Source: Microcoleus sp.
GTDB lineage: Bacteria > Cyanobacteriota > Cyanobacteriia > Cyanobacteriales > Microcoleaceae
Assembly: GCA_042408215.1 (NCBI GenBank)
Contig: JAYFMW010000020.1
Coordinates: 32,001 to 96,000 of the forward strand
Length of the DNA: 64,000 nucleotides
Direction: 5' to 3'
Positions 51,306-61,931 of the stretch are shown here, one piece after another (position 1 is the first letter of the stretch; each line of letters opens with the position of its first letter). A program made the translations under genes and the position numbers. The notes below the pieces were generated by a model, which was given only the letters and a program-made list of their open reading frames with translations, was not told where the DNA came from and did not search any database.

Positions 51306-52934
51306 GTGAAGAGTGCATTTAACCCCTCAGAAGTATTTGAATGTGCAAGCAAAGCGGAAATCATCGATCGCATCCAACAGCTAGTTCCCCCCGGCTCTGG
51401 CGAACCACAAAACCCTGAAATCCTGGCTGCTTTACAAACTTTGACCGCCCAGTTAATCGCAGCCTACAAAGCAGACGGGAAATTAGAAAACGATCCTTTT
51501 TGCGACGTGCGCGATCGCTCCGTGCACCTCTACACCACCGGAGTCAGCAGCAAACTCAAAGGAAAAACCATTCTAGTAACCGGCGGCGAAGGATGCGTCG
51601 GCAAATTCTTAATTGAAAAACTCCTCGAACTAGGCACAAATCAAATAATTTCCGCAGACAAAGCCCGATGTCACAACCCAGAAGAAACTCGCCCTGTTTA
51701 TAACCGAAAAGGTGCTGTTACCTTCTATGCCGCTGACATTCGCAACTTTGAGGCGCTGAAATACATATTTGAAGTAGAAAAGCCAGACATTGTTTTTCAC
51801 CTAGCAGCTCAACGCTCCCCCGGACTAGCTGAAATCAAAATCCGAGAAACAGTTACAACTAGCCTTATAGGCACCCAACACGTCATCCAACTCTGCGAAG
51901 AATACGGCGTAGAACACTGCATATTTTCTTCCACAGGCAAAACATCTAGATATTTTACCACCGAAGTTTACGCAGCTTCCAAAAAGTTTGCAGAATGGCA
52001 ATTTGCCAAAGCAGCTCAAGAAGGAAACGTCACTTACGGAATGGTTCGCTTTACTCATATGTTGGAAAACAGCTTGTTCTGCGAACAAATGTCCAACAAA
52101 GTACAGCAAGGTATGACTGTCAACGTTCACGCTCCCCACCGCTACGTCACCGCTCAAAATCTGGTCGAAGCCGTACATTTATTGCTGAACGCCCTAGTTT
52201 TGTCCGTTCCCGGAAAACTCAAATTTCTCATGGTGCGAAATCTCGGTTGGCCCACAGAAACACTGGAAGTAGCACTCTACAAAATTGTTGAGTCAGGCAA
52301 AAATCTGCCGATTTATTTTCAAGGACTTTTACCGGGATACGAAGAACCATTTTTCCTCGGACAGTTTGACTGGAGCAAACCTACAGAAATTCACCTCCTG
52401 ATTAATGCTCTCGAAGACCCTTTTAGAATTGTTGGCGATTCGGGCGATCTAGTGAGTGCAGAAGTGGCTCCTTTTTCTTTCCGGGTGTTAGATCGACAAG
52501 TGTCGCACCTGGAAAGCTTAATCAGCGATCGAGATTTCCCGGAAGCACAAATCAAACAAGTTCTTGTAGCAGCGAAAAAAGAAGTCATTGCTTCCTCTTT
52601 TTCCTGGAGTTCAGCCAAAGATTTGTTGAAAATTTTGCAGTGGGGAGTCCACCCGAAGAAATTACAAGGTTACGGAACTGACATCGCTGACTACAGCGAT
52701 ATTATCGAGCTACTTCTGCAAGGAATGTACGGCCGACTCGATCGAGAAGTGCTGCACAGTGCTGGAGTTACTGCTGATGAATTTGATGAGTTAGTTGAAA
52801 GTCTTTCAACAGTGGATTCTATTCGAGCGGAAGTAGGGTATTTGCGATCGGTATCCAGATATGTCAGAGAATTTACACCGTCACAGTTAACTCCCAAAAA
52901 ATCTGACCATTTTGCCCTCCGCGATGCAGCCTAG
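51306..52934 (+). CDS. Polysaccharide-biosynthesis NAD-dependent epimerase/dehydratase-like protein (CapD-like)
   Basis: ILVTGGEGCVG, PDIVFHLAA, YAASK. Confidence 0.8.
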   Translation: MKSAFNPSEVFECASKAEIIDRIQQLVPPGSGEPQNPEILAALQTLTAQLIAAYKADGKLENDPFCDVRDRSVHLYTTGVSSKLKGKTILVTGGEGCVGKFLIEKLLELGTNQIISADKARCHNPEETRPVYNRKGAVTFYAADIRNFEALKYIFEVEKPDIVFHLAAQRSPGLAEIKIRETVTTSLIGTQHVIQLCEEYGVEHCIFSSTGKTSRYFTTEVYAASKKFAEWQFAKAAQEGNVTYGMVRFTHMLENSLFCEQMSNKVQQGMTVNVHAPHRYVTAQNLVEAVHLLLNALVLSVPGKLKFLMVRNLGWPTETLEVALYKIVESGKNLPIYFQGLLPGYEEPFFLGQFDWSKPTEIHLLINALEDPFRIVGDSGDLVSAEVAPFSFRVLDRQVSHLESLISDRDFPEAQIKQVLVAAKKEVIASSFSWSSAKDLLKILQWGVHPKKLQGYGTDIADYSDIIELLLQGMYGRLDREVLHSAGVTADEFDELVESLSTVDSIRAEVGYLRSVSRYVREFTPSQLTPKKSDHFALRDAA

Positions 52935-52999
52935 CATCATTTGCACTAAGGCCCAAAAAACCCGGTTTCTATCAATACAGCGTATCCCAGGTTTATGAA

Positions 53000-53028
53000 G
53001 TAGGGACACGGCAGTGCCGTGTCCCTAC
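53000..53028. repeat. Intact REP-like palindrome GTAGGGACACGGCAGTGCCGTGTCCCTAC
   Basis: Perfect 14-bp arms; same family as the MITE-occupied copies. Confidence 0.85.
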
Positions 53029-53200
53029 GGGGATTGGAGGTGTAGGGTGCATCAATATATTGGCATTGGCAAAATCTACATGATATGCTACCTTGGATAG
53101 CGTGACTGAATCAGTTGCCAAGTACAATTTAATTAAACTATTTTGATTAGATTCTGCTCAGAACCGTAGGAAGTAAAAATAAAATTAAGGTACTAGAGTT

Positions 53201-54406
53201 GTGCAAAATAATCAGCTAGCGTTCCTATTTATAGATGTGATCCTATTGGCGATCGCCCTAATCCTTCTAATTCCCGTCGCAGTTCTATTTCTAGAATGCA
53301 CAGCCGCTTTATTGTCGCGTCACAACTCCACAGCCACAACTAAATTACCCCGTCCCAAAATAGCAGTTCTAATTCCCGCTTACAACGAAGCAGCAGGAAT
53401 TGCAGCCACAATATCCACAATAATGCCACAGCTAACACCGGACGATCGCCTGTTAGTGATTGCAGACAACTGCACCGACGCTACGGCAGAAATTGCCCGT
53501 AATTGTGGTGCAATCGCGATCGAACGCCAAGACACCGAACGCAAGGGCAAGGGATACGCCCTAGACTTCGGCTTAGAGTCGATCGCCTCAGACCCCCCAG
53601 AAGTAGTAATCATGGTTGACGCAGACTGTATCTGTCAACCAGACGCCTTAGAGACATTAGCCAGAGTTGCAGTGGCTTCAAAACGACCGGTGCAAGCAAC
53701 TTATTTAATGGAACAGCCACCCAATCCTACTCCCAAAGATTCCATTTCTGCCTTAGCATTTCTAGTAAAAAACTTAGTCCGGCCCAGCGGATTAAAACAG
53801 TTAGGATTCCCATCATTACTAACAGGAACCGGCATGGCCTTTCCCTGGTCAATAATTCGATCGGTTTCCCTAGCAAGCGGCAATATTGTTGAAGATATGC
53901 AAATGAGTTTGGATTTGGCGATCGCCGGACATCCAACCATATTCTGCCCCTGGGCCAGAGTCACCGGATGTTTACCACAACAGCAGCAAGCAGCCACAAG
54001 TCAAAGAACCCGATGGGAACACGGCCACATACAGACATTGTTAACCCAAACCCCCCGCCTTGCAACAGCTTCCCTACAGCAAAAACGATTTGACCTATTG
54101 GCGATCGCCCTCGACCTATCCGTCCCTCCCCTGTCACTTTTAGTCACCATTTGGATAGCAGCTTTCGCCGCCTCATTACTAGCAGCAACCCTCGGAACAT
54201 CCCCAATTCCAGCTATCATTTTAGCAATACAAGGAATACTGATTTTAGTTTCAATTGTCGGCGCTTGGGCAAAATTTGGTCGTGCCGATATTTCCGGTTC
54301 CACTCTGTTATCCGTACCCTTTTACATCCTCTGGAAAATCCCTTTATATCTGGGTTTTATCCTGAAGCGGCAAACCAAATGGGTACGCACAGAACGCGAT
54401 GTTTGA
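53201..54406 (+). CDS. Family 2 glycosyltransferase, membrane
   Basis: IPAYNE, DNCTD, GKGYAL, DAD, VED, QRTRW. Confidence 0.92.
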   Translation: MQNNQLAFLFIDVILLAIALILLIPVAVLFLECTAALLSRHNSTATTKLPRPKIAVLIPAYNEAAGIAATISTIMPQLTPDDRLLVIADNCTDATAEIARNCGAIAIERQDTERKGKGYALDFGLESIASDPPEVVIMVDADCICQPDALETLARVAVASKRPVQATYLMEQPPNPTPKDSISALAFLVKNLVRPSGLKQLGFPSLLTGTGMAFPWSIIRSVSLASGNIVEDMQMSLDLAIAGHPTIFCPWARVTGCLPQQQQAATSQRTRWEHGHIQTLLTQTPRLATASLQQKRFDLLAIALDLSVPPLSLLVTIWIAAFAASLLAATLGTSPIPAIILAIQGILILVSIVGAWAKFGRADISGSTLLSVPFYILWKIPLYLGFILKRQTKWVRTERDV

Positions 54407-54670
54407 TATCCAATCCGGTTGATTAACCGTCTTAAGTCATTCTGAGAAACGCGAAGAATCTCAGTCTCAGTCAAGGATTGATATCAAATCCGTTGGCATC
54501 GGAATGATTCATCTCTCTCCTCTCTTCCTCTGCGTCCTCTGCGCCCTCTGCGGTTAAATCAATCATAAACAAACCGTAAACGATATGAGATGCTTCACTG
54601 CGTTCAGCATGACAGGATCATTTACCAGGATTTGATATTATACAATAACGAATCAACCGGACACGATCTA
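54405..54670. repeat. Nested dispersed repeats between convergent genes
   Basis: ATATCAAATCC/GGATTTGATAT and TCCGGTTGATT/AATCAACCGGA inverted pairs enclosing CTCTGCG repeats. Confidence 0.55.
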
Positions 54671-54686
54671 AAAATTTAAAAAAAGC

Positions 54687-57600
54687 TCACCGCTGCACCG
54701 GAATTTCAATTATAAACTCAGCCCCTTCACCCGGTGCGGAAACGCACATTAGCTTCCCGCCATGTTTCTCTACCACAATCTGATAACTGATACTCAGTCC
54801 TAAACCCGTACCTTGGCCCACATCTTTTGTAGTAAAGAAAGGGTCAAATATTCGCGATCGTACTTCCTCCGTCATCCCAGGGCCATTATCAGCAATACAA
54901 ATTCTCACAAAGTTTTTGTCCCATACCTCAGTCCGAATCTGAATTTTTGGCTCAAAGATTTGAGATAAAGGATTTTCTAATTTGGCAGCTTTTTCGTGAA
55001 GCCCAACTCCTAACTCTACTGCATATATCGCATTACTCAAAACATTCATAAACACCTGATTTAACCCAGAAGCATAACAATTTACCTTCGGTAGTTCACC
55101 ATAGTCTTTAATCACCTGAATTCCCGACCCATCTGCATTATTTTTCAACCTGTGCTGCAAAATTAACAGAGTAGATTCAATCCCAGAATGAACATCAACT
55201 GGTTTCATGTCAGCTTCATCAAGCCTTGAGAAATTCCGCAGCGACAGCACAATATTGCGGACACGCTCAACCCCAACCCGCATCGATTGCAGCAGTTTGG
55301 GCAAATCTTCTTGAATAAAACAGATGTCAATATCTTCTGTTTTAGCAACAATTTCAGGAGTCGGATTCGGGTAAGACTGCTGGTAAAGATCGATCAATCC
55401 CAGCAAATCCGAGCTATAATCGCTAGCGTGAATGACATTGCCATAAATGAAATTAATCGGATTATTAATTTCGTGAGCAACCCCCGCCACTAATTGCCCC
55501 AAAGAAGACATTTTTTCAGTTTGAATTAGTTGAGTCTGAGTCGATCGCAATTCGGACAAAGTAACTTCCAACTGTGTCGCTTTTTCCCTCAACTGCGCCT
55601 CCGAAGTCTTTAATTCCTGCGTGCGCTCTTCTACTCTCACCTCCAGCGTCCGCGAATAATCCTCCAACTGTTCCTTAGCCGCCGACAAATTAGCAACAAG
55701 TACCGCATTTTCCAGAGATATAGCCGCTTGGGAAGAAAGCATTTTTAAAACCTCCAATCTAGTGGTCGAAAACGCTTCAGAAGTTAAATTGTTTTCCAGA
55801 TAAAGAATGCCTACGAGTTTGCTTTGATTCAGAATCGGAGTACAAAGCGCCGAGCGCACTTTCTGCCTTTTAATATATGAATCCTGTGTAAATAAACCTT
55901 CCTTAGTAGCCTCACTTAAAACCACATCAGAGTGCGTCCTTTCCACATAATTAATCACCGTTATTGGCAAAACCGACCCAGGAGCCACTGTAGGACATTG
56001 CTCAACTTCAACATCCGCAGACTCCACAGAAGCTGCTGCTTGAATCACCAATTTTCCTTCTTTGGGCATCAACAGAAAACCTTTTTGTGCGCCCGCATTC
56101 TCGATCGCAATTTTAATTAACTTTTCTAACAACCTGTCCAGCACAATTTCACTAGCTAGCGCCTGAGATGCTTTCAAAACAGTTGTCAAGTCTAATAAAC
56201 TGCTGTGACTGCTACTTGTCGAAGTAGAATTAGTGCTAATAATAGTTCGATCTGCACTAGATTTTGCCGCCGATGCAGGGGGTAAAGACATCGGATACTC
56301 TGACTCCAAATGTTTAACCTTGGCGGTTGCTCCCCAATGAAGATAGCCGTAGTAAGCATCTATCAGATAAGTCTGAGCCACTTTATTTCGACCGTTAGCT
56401 AGATAAAATTCTGCCGCTAGTTCATTGGCTAGGGCTTCTTCGTGGATGTATTCATTCTCCGACGCTCCTTTCACCGCGCGATCGTAATAGAGAGCAGCTT
56501 TTTCATATTGTCCCAATACTCGCGCTTTCTCGGCCTCTATCAAGTCATATTTATGCTGATAATTTTCGGGACAGTTCACAGCCCAATGCTTCATTTTTTT
56601 CTGAAGCGAAGCAACTTTTTTTAAATATTTTTTCTGTTCAATTTTTGAAGCTGCGGGATACAAAGCTAAGAGTGCTAGAGAATAGTAAAAATTGTGAATG
56701 GGAACATACATCATGGCCATGACAGCCTCAGAGTAACTTGATGCTGTCAGGGCATATTCAGCAGATGTTGCATAATTTTTAAATAGATAATTCAGCCATG
56801 ATTTATACAAATCTACTACAAATAATACCAGATTATTTTTACTTTCCTTTAAAGCTGGCAACATAGTTTCTTCATTACATCTCTCGCCAACTAACAGGCA
56901 AGGATTAGCTGTTTTACCTTGCAAATTTAAGACAACTTGCGCCCCAACCTTACTATGGTTTATAATAAATTTATTCTTATAATTTAGCAGCATTTCGATA
57001 TATTGACTCTGTTTGATCTCCACGGAATCCAGAGATTCACCGCTCAACAATATATAATTGCTATAAAAACTAGCACAATAACAAGCATTGTTGATATCTC
57101 CCGTTTCTAACCCGCTCTGAATACCTTCAAGTAAACCGATAAGACTTTCCCTGACGTGTTCAGACCAGTGACGGATAAAACCATTGAAACTTAGCAAGAT
57201 TGGAGATTTGTGCGAGATGGTGTGGAATCGCTCTAAAAGTGTATTAGCTAGTTGACCGTATCGGTATCCAGCATCCATATCGCCTAAAACTGCACAGTGG
57301 ATCAGCCCATAAGTTCCATAGCCGAAACTAGACAGGGGCGCATTCCCGTACTTAAGAGAAAGAATAACCATTGTAAAGATAATCAATGGGTACATATTCG
57401 GTGCTACTATAAAACTAGCGGGAGCCATATTCGTTAAAATCCTAATAGCTGCGATTTGATTAGCATCAGTCATTGGCAGCAACTCAGCTAAATCCTCAAT
57501 CCGTTTGTTTCCCATAGCTAATTTTGTCCGTATTAGCTCTATCAAAATATTGAATTTATTAGGTTTCTGAGGGAGACCAACTCCCAGCATTTTCAAAGCT

Positions 57601-60446
57601 TCGATACCCATATCTATCGAAGCTTGTGATTGATTTTGATTGAAGTAAAAACTAATTTTTAGCTCATAAACTTGGACTTTTTCGAGTAATTTTTTGGCGC
57701 GGGCTATAATAACCTCTGATAGCTTGAACGCTCGCTCAAACTCGGTATTTATATAGGACGATTCCAGCGCTTCGGCATGGAGTTCCATAATTAAACTGTA
57801 GTGACTCTGCCAAGCTCGATCGGGCAAAAGTTCTATACCTGCATTAAAATATTTGAGCGCCGCTTCATAAGCAGCAGAACTCTTAGCTTTTTTGCCAGCT
57901 ATCAGATTAAAGTTAGCTAGTTCATTTCGCTGTTCCTCATTTGTGATGAATTCCACCCCGATATTGAGTTGGTTGACAATATCAAAGATATTTTCTGCTA
58001 TCTCCGATGCCGTAGGGGCGGTGCCCCCGTGCCCGCCCTTTTGCCCCGATGCCGTAGGGGCGGTGCCCCCGTGCCCGCCCTTGTGCCCCGATGCCGTAGG
58101 GGCGGTGCCCCCGTGCCCGCCCTCTAATAGCAGATACCCGATTTTTAAGTGAGTTTGTTTTTTCTGGGAGTCAGGGATGAGAGAATAGGTGGCTTGCTGT
58201 ACGCGATCGTGCAAAAACCTGTAAGCAATTGGGCGTTGCATAATTGCGGGATGATTTTGATTGTTTTGTGGGATGGGCGTCTCGCCCGTCCGATGTGTTT
58301 TCCGGGCAGGCGGGACACCACAAGCATCATCCTCAAATTGTGCAACGCCAGAAATTGAGCTCTTAGCCTGCCCTACACAAGATCGATCGAGAATCGCAAC
58401 TCCTTCTCCATCCCCTCGCCGCTGAGAGTCGCTTTCCTCAACCAGGGGAATCTTGTAAGCATCGCTCATGGGCAGAATTAAACCAAATTGCAGCGCCTCC
58501 CATAAATCAGCAGCAGTTTCTGAGGGAGATTTTTCCCTAACAATTGCCAAATTTTCTAAACTAAAACGGTTCCCCATACAAGCAGCTAACTTTAATACTT
58601 GCTGCGTCTCCTCCGGCAGTTTTTGAATATTCCGAGCAACTAATTCAACGACACTGTAATCTACAATGCCAGCGGCTTCAATTTCCAGGAGAGCCCACTG
58701 CCACGCACCAACAGTGAAATCAAAAGCTAACAGTTTTTCTGAGTGAATAGTTGAGAAAAGTTGAGTTATAAAAAATGGATTTCCGCCAGTATTCTTAAAA
58801 ATTAACTCTGCCAGGGACTTTAAGTTTTCGGTTTCATTACCCAAAGTATCCCGTACTAGCTCAGTAACACTGCTCAACTCTAAACATGAGAGCATAATCT
58901 GATGCACCTGAGCACCAGTTTGTTCAATTTTTTCGACAGTTTGAACTAACGGATGAGTCGAATTGACTTCGTTATCTCGATAGGCTCCTATCAGTAAAAA
59001 ATATCGGCTATCCAAGTCTGTTACCAGTTCCTGAATCAATTTCAAGGAAGCTAAATCCGCCCACTGTAAATCATCCAAAAACAGAACTAATGGGTGTTCT
59101 GCTTGGGTAAACACATTCATAAATTCTTTAAACAATCGATTAAAGCGATTTTGAGATTCTGTCGGCCCCACTTGGGGAACAGCAGGCTGCGAACCAATTA
59201 TTAGTTCGACAGCAGGGACAATATCAATAATAATTCCACCGTTTTGACCTAGCCTTGACAAAAGTTTTTCTTTCCAAATTGTTAACTCTTCTGAGCTGGT
59301 TGTTAATAACTGCTGTATCAATGACTCAAAGGCTTGAGTTATTGCAGCATAAGGAATATCCCGCTTAAACTGGTCAAACTTACCAGCAATAAAATAACCC
59401 CGCTGCCGTATAATTGGTTTGTGAACTTCACTGACAACTGAGGTTTTGCCGATGCCTGAGTAACCGCTCACCAACACCATCTCAGTTTTTCCAAAGCTGA
59501 CTCGATCGAAAGCTGCCATCAAATCAGCGACTTCTTTTGTGCGGCCGTAGAGTTTTTGGGGAATCAAAAATTGACCGGATTTGTCAAGTTTCCCCGGCCT
59601 GAAATTTTCTATTTTGCCAGTAGTTTGTAGCTGATTTAGACAAGTTTCCAGGTCTGCTTTTACTCCAAAGGCACTTTGATATCTGTCTTCGGCATTTTTA
59701 GCTAATAGTTTCATGACAATGGATGAAACTATCTGCGGGACTTCATTGTTTAGTTGATGGGGAGGAACTGGCATCACCGCAATGTGGCTGTGAATTAATT
59801 CTAGCGGGTCGGTGGAGTTAAAGGGCAACTCTCCTGTCAGCATTTCATAAAACGTGATGCCTAGAGAATACAAGTCAGTTCGGTAATCAAGGTCGCGGTT
59901 CATCCGACCAGTTTGCTCTGGGGATATATAGGCTAGAGTGCCTTCTAGCACGGCGGTATTGCTATTTTGGTGAACCTCTCTAGATAGGCGGGTTGCCATG
60001 CTAAAGTCGGTGATTTTTACTTGCTTAAAATCTGGGGTGACGATCATATTTGAGGGTTTAATATCTTTATGAATAATCTGGTTTTGATGCACTTTTCCGA
60101 TAGTTTGAGCCCCTTGAATAGCCAGGGTCAAAAACTTCTGAATTTGAATACTTTTACCCGCGAGATGTTGTCTGAGAGATTGACCTCCGCAATCTTCTAA
60201 TATCAGAGCGAAACTGTTTTTATATTTTTCTAAACTATAGGGTTTGATAATCCCTTCGATTTTGAGATTCGAGCTAATTTTGTATTCATGTCTCAGGCGG
60301 GTAATTTGTTCTATTGTGGGATACTCGCTATTGAGTGTTTTAATGATGACTGACGCTTGATTTGATTCTCTGACTGCGCGATAAATGATGGATTTCACAC
60401 CAAGTTGAACAACTTCTGTGATTTTGTAACCGGGAAGTGTATTCAT
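54687..60446 (-). CDS. Ser/Thr kinase - AAA ATPase - GAF - histidine kinase (HstK-type dual kinase)
   Basis: HKDIKPSN, SPEQTGRMNR, GYSGIGKT, LDDLQWAD, YLENN GAF, AHEINNP, GQGTGLG. Confidence 0.93.
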   Translation of the reverse strand: MNTLPGYKITEVVQLGVKSIIYRAVRESNQASVIIKTLNSEYPTIEQITRLRHEYKISSNLKIEGIIKPYSLEKYKNSFALILEDCGGQSLRQHLAGKSIQIQKFLTLAIQGAQTIGKVHQNQIIHKDIKPSNMIVTPDFKQVKITDFSMATRLSREVHQNSNTAVLEGTLAYISPEQTGRMNRDLDYRTDLYSLGITFYEMLTGELPFNSTDPLELIHSHIAVMPVPPHQLNNEVPQIVSSIVMKLLAKNAEDRYQSAFGVKADLETCLNQLQTTGKIENFRPGKLDKSGQFLIPQKLYGRTKEVADLMAAFDRVSFGKTEMVLVSGYSGIGKTSVVSEVHKPIIRQRGYFIAGKFDQFKRDIPYAAITQAFESLIQQLLTTSSEELTIWKEKLLSRLGQNGGIIIDIVPAVELIIGSQPAVPQVGPTESQNRFNRLFKEFMNVFTQAEHPLVLFLDDLQWADLASLKLIQELVTDLDSRYFLLIGAYRDNEVNSTHPLVQTVEKIEQTGAQVHQIMLSCLELSSVTELVRDTLGNETENLKSLAELIFKNTGGNPFFITQLFSTIHSEKLLAFDFTVGAWQWALLEIEAAGIVDYSVVELVARNIQKLPEETQQVLKLAACMGNRFSLENLAIVREKSPSETAADLWEALQFGLILPMSDAYKIPLVEESDSQRRGDGEGVAILDRSCVGQAKSSISGVAQFEDDACGVPPARKTHRTGETPIPQNNQNHPAIMQRPIAYRFLHDRVQQATYSLIPDSQKKQTHLKIGYLLLEGGHGGTAPTASGHKGGHGGTAPTASGQKGGHGGTAPTASEIAENIFDIVNQLNIGVEFITNEEQRNELANFNLIAGKKAKSSAAYEAALKYFNAGIELLPDRAWQSHYSLIMELHAEALESSYINTEFERAFKLSEVIIARAKKLLEKVQVYELKISFYFNQNQSQASIDMGIEALKMLGVGLPQKPNKFNILIELIRTKLAMGNKRIEDLAELLPMTDANQIAAIRILTNMAPASFIVAPNMYPLIIFTMVILSLKYGNAPLSSFGYGTYGLIHCAVLGDMDAGYRYGQLANTLLERFHTISHKSPILLSFNGFIRHWSEHVRESLIGLLEGIQSGLETGDINNACYCASFYSNYILLSGESLDSVEIKQSQYIEMLLNYKNKFIINHSKVGAQVVLNLQGKTANPCLLVGERCNEETMLPALKESKNNLVLFVVDLYKSWLNYLFKNYATSAEYALTASSYSEAVMAMMYVPIHNFYYSLALLALYPAASKIEQKKYLKKVASLQKKMKHWAVNCPENYQHKYDLIEAEKARVLGQYEKAALYYDRAVKGASENEYIHEEALANELAAEFYLANGRNKVAQTYLIDAYYGYLHWGATAKVKHLESEYPMSLPPASAAKSSADRTIISTNSTSTSSSHSSLLDLTTVLKASQALASEIVLDRLLEKLIKIAIENAGAQKGFLLMPKEGKLVIQAAASVESADVEVEQCPTVAPGSVLPITVINYVERTHSDVVLSEATKEGLFTQDSYIKRQKVRSALCTPILNQSKLVGILYLENNLTSEAFSTTRLEVLKMLSSQAAISLENAVLVANLSAAKEQLEDYSRTLEVRVEERTQELKTSEAQLREKATQLEVTLSELRSTQTQLIQTEKMSSLGQLVAGVAHEINNPINFIYGNVIHASDYSSDLLGLIDLYQQSYPNPTPEIVAKTEDIDICFIQEDLPKLLQSMRVGVERVRNIVLSLRNFSRLDEADMKPVDVHSGIESTLLILQHRLKNNADGSGIQVIKDYGELPKVNCYASGLNQVFMNVLSNAIYAVELGVGLHEKAAKLENPLSQIFEPKIQIRTEVWDKNFVRICIADNGPGMTEEVRSRIFDPFFTTKDVGQGTGLGLSISYQIVVEKHGGKLMCVSAPGEGAEFIIEIPVQR
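58004..58123. repeat. Three 42-bp-period REP-like units in frame inside the kinase (GGHGGTAPTAS x3)
   Basis: CCGATGCCGTAGGGGCGGTGCCCCCGTGCCCGCCC x3. Confidence 0.9.
58232..58349. mobile_element. MITE-like element translated inside the kinase ORF
   Basis: Imperfect 23-bp TIRs GGCGTTGCATAATTGCGGGATGA / TCATCCTCAAATTGTGCAACGCC. Confidence 0.75.
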
Positions 60447-60916
60447 GGTTTTTATTCTGTGACTAAGTGTTGGGTTAACATCGCCCTTGATGTCGGGGGG
60501 CGGGCGGACGGTACTTAATTATTTTTAGTAGTTTATATAACTTTCGATACATGAAAAGTTAAGTAATTACTCGGTGTTTTTCGAGGTAAGTAGATGCGTA
60601 AAGGTTTAGAGGGTGTGAACTGGCTGACCACAGCACCTCTGGTTGGATCTCCCGCTGAGATTTGCGGTATGACACTTCACGCAGTTGAGCATTACATTTT
60701 GACATTGTAACAAAGTCAGTGATGCCGATCGCACAGGCTTGCCAACACATCCACATCAAATCAAGATTGAGTTTCTGACTCTGCGAGCTCTGCGCCCTAG
60801 AAGAGTTAAATCATTCCGATACAACCGGAATTGATATGACTGGCAAAAATCCGCATTAATTTAGGAAAACACAAAAAATCAGAAGCTGGAAAATTCCAAA
60901 TTCTGATTTTTACTAA

Positions 60917-60988
60917 CTCCCCGGGTAGGATTTGAACCTACGACCAATCGGTTAACAGCCGACCGCTCTGCCACTGAGCTACCGAGGA
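60917..60988 (-). tRNA. trnN: tRNA-Asn(GTT), CCA not encoded
   Basis: TCCTCGGTAGCTCAGTGGCAGAGCGGTCGGCTGTTAACCGATTGGTCGTAGGTTCAAATCCTACCCGGGGAG. Confidence 0.97.
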
Positions 60989-61097
60989 TTGGGGCTTTTT
61001 GATTGCCACATTTACTAATAGTAACAGCAACATACTGAATTTGGCAAGGCCTGCAAGCAAACTTTTTTTTAGTCATACAGAAAGGGGGTTTCAGGAG

Positions 61098-61652
61098 TTA
61101 ATGCAGCCCCATTCTCAGTTTAGCGAGGCGCTGTTGGGATTCAGGATCGAGAGAACTGGCGAGAAAGCGACTGGAAGTTTGTTTGCGGGATTTGTGCAGG
61201 CGCTCGCTGCGGCGGGCTGTGGATTCGACATCAGCAGCCAGTTGATCGGCAGACATCCATTCGGCACCGTAGCCGACGACGGTTAATTGCTGCGCTCGGT
61301 CTGAGGTAGCGACAATCATGCGGCCTTTTCCCGATCGCGATCGCAATTCATAGCGCAAACTAGCACAAGATTTTTCAATATAAGTATCTGCTGTCTGACC
61401 GAAGTCAGTGTAGTGCACCGATAAATGTTTAGTAATAATTTCTTTAACGCTGGGGGTATCTCGGTAGTGCGCGTCAAACACCAGTCGAGCCTCAAAATCT
61501 TGAACAGCGCTGTAGTTAACTAAAACCTCTATTAACTCACGGCGAGCTGTTTCGAGTTGGTCCCGATCGCGCTTTTCTCGGAGTCGAGGCCAAAGCCCAA
61601 TCATGTTATAGCCGTCTACAAGTAAAACTGCTTGCGATACATAGGGTGACAT
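61098..61652 (-). CDS. NYN-domain (YacP/Rae1-like) ribonuclease
   Basis: LLVDGYN, VFDA, TADTYIE, VATSD. Confidence 0.9.
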   Translation of the reverse strand: MSPYVSQAVLLVDGYNMIGLWPRLREKRDRDQLETARRELIEVLVNYSAVQDFEARLVFDAHYRDTPSVKEIITKHLSVHYTDFGQTADTYIEKSCASLRYELRSRSGKGRMIVATSDRAQQLTVVGYGAEWMSADQLAADVESTARRSERLHKSRKQTSSRFLASSLDPESQQRLAKLRMGLH

Positions 61653-61764
61653 GGTTCAAGGCTGAATGGCTCCAGCATATATAGGACATTATTTGTTTAA
61701 ACATCAAAGCTTTTGTTGAATTTTATTACAAATGGATGTCTAGTATCAAGTCCGGTTGAGTACG

Positions 61765-61848
61765 GGCCTGGGGCCTGGGGCCTGGGGCCTGGGGCCTGGC
61801 GGCCTGGGGCCTGGGGCCTGGGGCCTGGGGCCTGGGGCATGGGGCATG
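61765..61848. repeat. Heptamer array (GGGGCCT)n
   Basis: Directly visible. Confidence 0.9.
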
Positions 61849-61931
61849 GCGGCAAAAAATCAACCCCCTAAATCCCGTGGCCAAGGGGGGATTTGGGGGG
61901 TAAATGTTGTACTAGGGAGCAATTTGCGGGC

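Noticed and set aside
60559..60759. 66-aa ORF upstream of the dual kinase
   Set aside because: No recognisable motif or convincing RBS; cannot be supported.
60917..60988. tRNA-Asn as an island integration site
   Set aside because: No integrase and no duplicated tRNA 3' end noticed in the window.
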